Source: Piromyces finnis finn
Lineage: Eukaryota; Fungi; Neocallimastigomycota
Direction of reading: 5' to 3'
Assembly: GCA_002104945.1 (NCBI GenBank)
Contig: MCFH01000029.1
Coordinates: forward strand, 186,001 to 250,000
Length of the DNA stretch: 64,000 nucleotides
Shown: in pieces, positions 58,030-64,000 of the stretch
Layout of the letters: every line of letters begins with the position of its first letter
Numbering within the stretch: position 1 is the stretch's first letter
The notes under the pieces: generated by a model
What the model was told of the DNA's origin: nothing
Database searches by the model: none
Seen by the model: only the letters and a program-made list of their open reading frames with translations
Made by a program: the position numbers and the translations under genes

Positions 58030-58525
58030 TTAATGTTGTGAAAATTTCTGTTTAAAACGTGAAGAAAAACGTTGATTAAGTAATGAAGATGATAAAGAAG
58101 AAGCAAGAGAAGAAGAATATTCTTTATACGAATTTGAATTTCCGCTTTTTCTTAAACCGCCATTAAATGAACTTTCTGGTGATATACTGGTATTTTTAAT
58201 TCGTAGATACCGTTCATCACTGATACTTAAAATGGATGTAATCAATGGAATATCTGTAACATCAAGTCTATTACAAATTAAATTAATTATTTTATAATTA
58301 TTTATATATTAATAAATGGTATAACTAATTGTTTTAATATTAAATATTTACCCAATTTCAGTACATGACTTAATTAAATCTGTATCCAAGATTTCTTTTT
58401 TATCTTTTAAAAATGATGCTACTAAAATACTTTCATAACATAAATCTTTTAATTGATCTTCAATATACATTGTACACTTTAATAAAAATATAATTAAATA
58501 AAATTAAAAAATATTAATCTTTATA

Positions 58526-58559
<34 letters not shown>

Positions 58560-60287
58560 TTTTGGACAATAATGTACATAAAATATATAATAGTTAGACA
58601 GATCAACTTACAGTTTCTGCAGGTAAGCCACTATTATATAAATCTAAATATATTATAAAACATATTTTTTAAATAAGTAAAAAAAAATTTAAAGAGAATT
58701 TTAATAAATGTATATGATTATTTAATGAAGTGGAAAATACCTTTTAACTCGGTTAACATTTTCATAACAAAATTTGATGGTTGAGGTCGATCAATTCTAA
58801 ATTTTAAAGGTGAAAGGTCTGATGATGAATTAGACGTCGAAGTAATAGTTGGAACATATACTTGAGCATGATGACGTCTAGAATAGGATGAGGAAAGTAA
58901 ATTTGATTCATAGGGAGAATAGGAACTATGATATTCTTGTGTTCTTCTTACATTTAGTGAAGAACGATTACTTTTAATATTAATAGGAATCCCTGTATTG
59001 ATATTAAGAGCTGAACAATTATTTTCATGAGAAGTTTTACTTTCATCATAGCTATTACTATTACTTCTATAATTTGAACCTAAAAACCGACCATTAGTAT
59101 TTGTATTAATACCATTAATTCGTTGATAACTACGGTTTTCACTACTCTTAATATGCTTACTATTAATTTCAATACTTGGTATATTATTTATTATATTACT
59201 TCTTTGGCTACTATTTTTTGTCGAGCTACTTGGTTTACTATCATTATCTAAATGATATTTTCTTAACTCTTCCTTTTCAATATCATCAATACTATTTTCA
59301 TTTCCTATCTCTACGGCGGAATCATCTAAAATGCATTCAATTATATGACATTGATAATTATCAACATCAGCAATAATACATGTAGAATGATTAATAGGTT
59401 TACTGAAATAGGAATATCGTATGGAGGCTTCAAGATCTCTTTTTATTCTCTCGATATTAAATCGTGAACATCCCATCAAAGCAAAATCTGATTGATAACC
59501 ATTACTACAATAATCAGCAAGTAAGGAACGACCAAATGATCTATATTGTAACTGATCATTTGGTGTTATTCCATTAGATGATTTTGCGTTGTGTTGATTT
59601 ATTGAAGGGGAAGAAGATAACAACGAATTATGACCTTTGTCATAATAACTCATTGGGGAAACTGATAATGATGGAGATGATGAAGATTGCGAAAAAGATG
59701 GAGAAAATGAATGAACAGGTGAAGACGCAGGTGATGGATTGATTTGACTATTTTGTGAATTAAGTTTTGGTATATATTGTAAATGATTATTTATTTGAAA
59801 TTCTTGTACCACTGGAGATACTAAATGAATATCATTTGCTGATAAATGTTTCATTCTATTTGTATATGAAGAATCATAAGGCTGTGAAAAAGAATTTGTA
59901 GAATCATTTAAAGATAAAATATATGATTTTTTATTTTGATTTGAATTTATTGGTATATTTACAGATTCTGATGAATGTTGTGGTATAGGTATTGAAGTAG
60001 GATTGTATCTAAGATATTCATCAGCAAAACAATCAGGAACTGTACGGGTAATTAAAGTTCTAAAATATGTAGAATAGAATTAAATTAGTGTTGTTATTTA
60101 TTGATAATTTAATAATAACTACTAAAAGTAAGCATTATATCACAAAAATGAAATATAAATACTATTATTATTATCATTATTATTATTATTATTATTATTA
60201 CTAATAATACAAAAAATTAAATTATAATAAACAATATAAGCAAATAATAAAAATTTATTCTTAAAAACACTCTTGAATGAAAAATAT

Positions 60288-60359
<72 letters not shown>

Positions 60360-62881
60360 TAAATAGTATTTGAAATATATATCAATTATAAATACTTTGG
60401 AATTGGAACTGAAACTAATTCTTTTGTTAAATTTTTTTTAGCTTCATTTTCTGCTAATTTTGATAAATTAACATCTGAAGATAGAATAATTTTTTCTGTT
60501 AGCATTGAATGTTTTACAGTATTATTGGTATTTTGGTAATCTATAGATGTTGTTAATCCAATATTATTTGTCTGTTCAGATGGATCGGTATCATTATTCA
60601 CTATTTTTTCATCATCTTCTTTTATTTTAACGTTATTATTCATAATGTCTTCCATTGGAACATTATTCACATTATCACTTATATTAACATTCATACTTAA
60701 AGTACTATTTCTATTACTCTTACAAATAGCATCTGGTTCTGTAAACATTTTAATTTTCGTATCTGCTTGATCTGCTTGATTTAAAGATAATGCTGAATTA
60801 GAAAATGTTGATAATAAACTATCACTGCGAATAGAACTGCAATAGCTTTCCTGTCTATTTAAGTTTTGAATATATTCTATATGCTCATGAAGTTCACTAC
60901 AACGAATAAAATAAGTTAAAATATACAATATTTTTTGAACTAAGTGTTTATCTTGATTGCCTATAATAATAGTTCTGGATATTTTTTTTGTACCTAAATT
61001 GCCATATAAATTACTTAATTGATCTAAATATGGATTTAATTGCTTATAATTTTTAGTTTTATTTTTTGATTCATCATACATTGATGAGGCAACAGTCGTA
61101 ACCCATGAGATATGATAAGCAAAAACAGAAGTTAAAACTTTTGATAAAAAGAAACCTGTTTTTTTAATATCTAATTTATTAATCAATCGACAAAATTCTG
61201 ATACTAATATATTACAACATTGTTTTTTCTCTCCTGGGAAAGTCATCATTGTTAACCATAAAGGCTTCTGAATTCTTGGGGAACAATATAATTCACATAT
61301 TGCATTTTGAAATTTTTCAACAGCTGCTAAAAATTCTGTATTTTTTTGAATTGCATATGGTGGTAGCATTGGCATTTGAGGATCTTCAATATCATCTTGG
61401 CTAGATTTATTCTATAAAGTTTTCAAATAATTATTATTTATATTAATAACAATTAAAATTGATATATATTTTATTTTTTTTATTTATTTCTATTTTTATT
61501 TTTGAATATGAAATTAATATAATAAAAATATTATTATAATACAAAAGTCTTTTGAAAATTTATATTTCAATATCATTTATATTTTACTTACGTTATCATT
61601 TGATTTTGTTGAGCTTTTTCGATACGTCGAGCATATTGTATCAACTAATGTTTCATATAAGATCTGAATATGATTTTCTAAAATAATAAAATGAGTAAAG
61701 AAAAATTCACGAAATACTGGTTCTAAATCAGTATCAATTACTACACCAATAGCATATAATATTCTTCTTCTTTTAGATCTCCTTATTGCCTGAGTATTAT
61801 TTTGGAAATCTGCTTCTGATGATATTGAATCAATAGATTTATCTGTATTTGATGAGGTAGCTGATTTTAAATTTTCCATAGTAAAACTTGTAGTAAATCG
61901 TTTAGCACGACGTTGAGATAAATTAATTGTGCTGGATGACTTTCCTGAATTAAATGATGCAGAAGGAGAAGAAGGTTGAGAAGATAAATTATTATTTGAT
62001 ATAGATATTTCATGTTGTTGTTGGTTACTGTTTACAGATAAATCAGCATTATAATAATTCTTTCCTATAATTGGAGGATTAAATTCATAATCTTTTTGTT
62101 GAAGGTATCTTAATGATCCATATGACATAGAATACTCAGACGCTGACTTATTTAATGTTGAATCATTTTTTATTAACGATACTTCCTCATCAAAAGCACT
62201 TATACTAAATAATTTTGTCCATACAATCTGTGGTTGAGGTATTTTTAATAAATGAACCTTTGTTATAACACCTTTATATGCAATTGGTGCTGTTCCGAAC
62301 ATTATCTCACCTAATAATTCAAAATTATGATTACTCTGTGATATAGTTGTCATTTAACAAAATATTACTAAACATAGATAAAATTAATTAAAAAACATTA
62401 ATATATTCTATTAAAAAAAACTTACTCTTTTTTTATAAACAGGTGTATGTTCCCCATTAAAATCATTTGAAGTCCAACTCTGAGAATGTTTACTATTACC
62501 ATAATGTGAATATCGTCTTGGAGTTTTATGGATTAAAGAAAGTGAGCCGGGTTTTGAATAAGAATGTTTATCAGAAGAAGATAATGAAGAGGAAGAAGAA
62601 GAAGTTTTCGAATGTGAAGATTTATAAGGAATCTTCGTATCAAATAATGGTAATTTTAATTTGTCACCAGTGTCTTGAAAAACAATTACACGTATTTTAT
62701 CCACTGAAAAGGAGTGTGGACTATTAACATTAAAAAATATTAATACATATATTATATATATCTAATATATATTTATAAATTTATAAATTATTAATATTAT
62801 TAATATTATGAATTACCTGGTTTTATTATTATTGTTTTTGCCATTAGCTGACTGATTAAAACTGAAAAAACGACTAAACAT
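58030..62881 (-). CDS. FNIP: Folliculin-interacting protein (FNIP1/2; Lst4 orthologue); multi-exon
   Basis: IRVIVFQD...LFD, LLGEIMFG..PIAYKG..TKVH (FNIP_N); FFFTHF..LENH, LYCSPRIQKPLWLTM, FLSKVLTSV...HISWVTTV, L.NLYGNLG, LYILTYFIRCSELHE (FNIP_M); SLLADYC...DFALMG, CIIADVDN, PSNFV..ML (FNIP_C). ATG at 62881 reads MFSRFFS. Confidence 0.92.
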
Positions 62882-63240
62882 TTTTATATATGTATATTTC
62901 TATTAATTTAATAATTAATGATATTATTGTCTCTATATATATGTACATATATATTATTCCAGTTTGTAGTATTTTCTTTATATATTTATAAAAACTTTAA
63001 GATTATTTATCTAAATGGTATATTTAAGTTTAATATATTTATATCTACAATAGCAATATGATAAAAAAAATATTTATCTCATAATAAATGCTTTTATTTA
63101 CTTATTACTTGTTTTAATTGTAAATAAATAATAATATATTCTATTATTTAATGAATAATTTACAATATATGAATATTTTTTGATAGTAATATTTTTGCTT
63201 TTTTTTGTTTTGTTTTATATATACATATATATATATGGAG

Positions 63241-63275
<35 letters not shown>

Positions 63276-64000
63276 AGAAGAAGAAGAAGGAAAAAGTAAA
63301 AAGGGGGGAAAGATATTAAAAACTATAAAATATTAGTGTAAAATAATAAGCATTAAAAAAGCAAAAAAGTTACACTATTATTCTATTATTATATTGATAA
63401 ATATATAAACAATACACTATTTTTTTTTAACTTATTATCAAATGCATATATATATTACTTTATTTTAAACAATTAACACAAAATGGTATTGAATATAACT
63501 TTCAATAATTCTTTAATAATTAAAATGTTATTCATTTTAATTTGAATATAATTACATTTAAATTATAAACTATATATTATATAAATAGAAATAAATATAT
63601 TTAATAAACTAAGATAATAATGTATTGAATTGTAGTTAAATTTTAAGTACTTTAATTTTTTGTTTTTGTTTTATACTTATTATTTTATAATTGGAATAAA
63701 AATATTCATATAATTAATTGTTGTTATTATGATGAAAAACTTTATAAATTTGTGATTTAATTTATTATTATCTAACATATAATAATAATTATTGTTTCAT
63801 TATTTTTATCATAACTGGAATTTATTTTTATGAATTTTTAATATCTTCACTAAAAGTTGAAATAACGAATTTCTCTAATAATTGTCAAAATTAATTTTTA
63901 AAGTATCATTAAATTGATACATTTCATTAATAATTATTTTAATTATTTACTATTAATTAAAAGCCTCTATTGAAAAAATAAATATCTTTTATTAAATTTT

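Noticed and set aside
63720-64000. Possible 3' end of a minus-strand gene entering from the right edge (LLEKFVISTFSEDIKNS*)
   Set aside because: Too short and fragmentary to support without the adjacent sequence.

Overview
Extremely AT-rich, intron-rich eukaryotic DNA with long poly-A/T and (AAT)n tracts and N-rich proteins. It is most consistent with an anaerobic gut fungus (Neocallimastigomycota); this is inferred from composition and gene content. I can support about 14 protein-coding genes. In order: NOG1 (first exon), a full-length multi-exon CatSper-gamma-like gene, a Groucho/TLE-type corepressor, CWC22, an alkaline-phosphatase-superfamily membrane protein, an orphan N/S-rich protein, a MOK/LF4-type kinase, EIF1AD, a UBXN4/Ubx7-type protein, a Skt5/Chs4-type Sel1 protein, an intronless bacterial-like SMI1/KNR4 (SUKH) protein, an unknown membrane protein, a class I sirtuin and FNIP/Lst4. 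There is also a decayed Ty1/Copia element bracketed by a ~133-bp duplication of the CatSper-gamma 3' end. The top finding is the CatSper-gamma homologue, hidden from the ORF track by many short introns. It suggests a sperm-type flagellar Ca2+ channel complex in gut-fungal zoospores. No tRNA, rRNA or CRISPR array was seen. All homology calls come from hand translation and remembered family motifs, not database searches, and most exon boundaries are hand-inferred.
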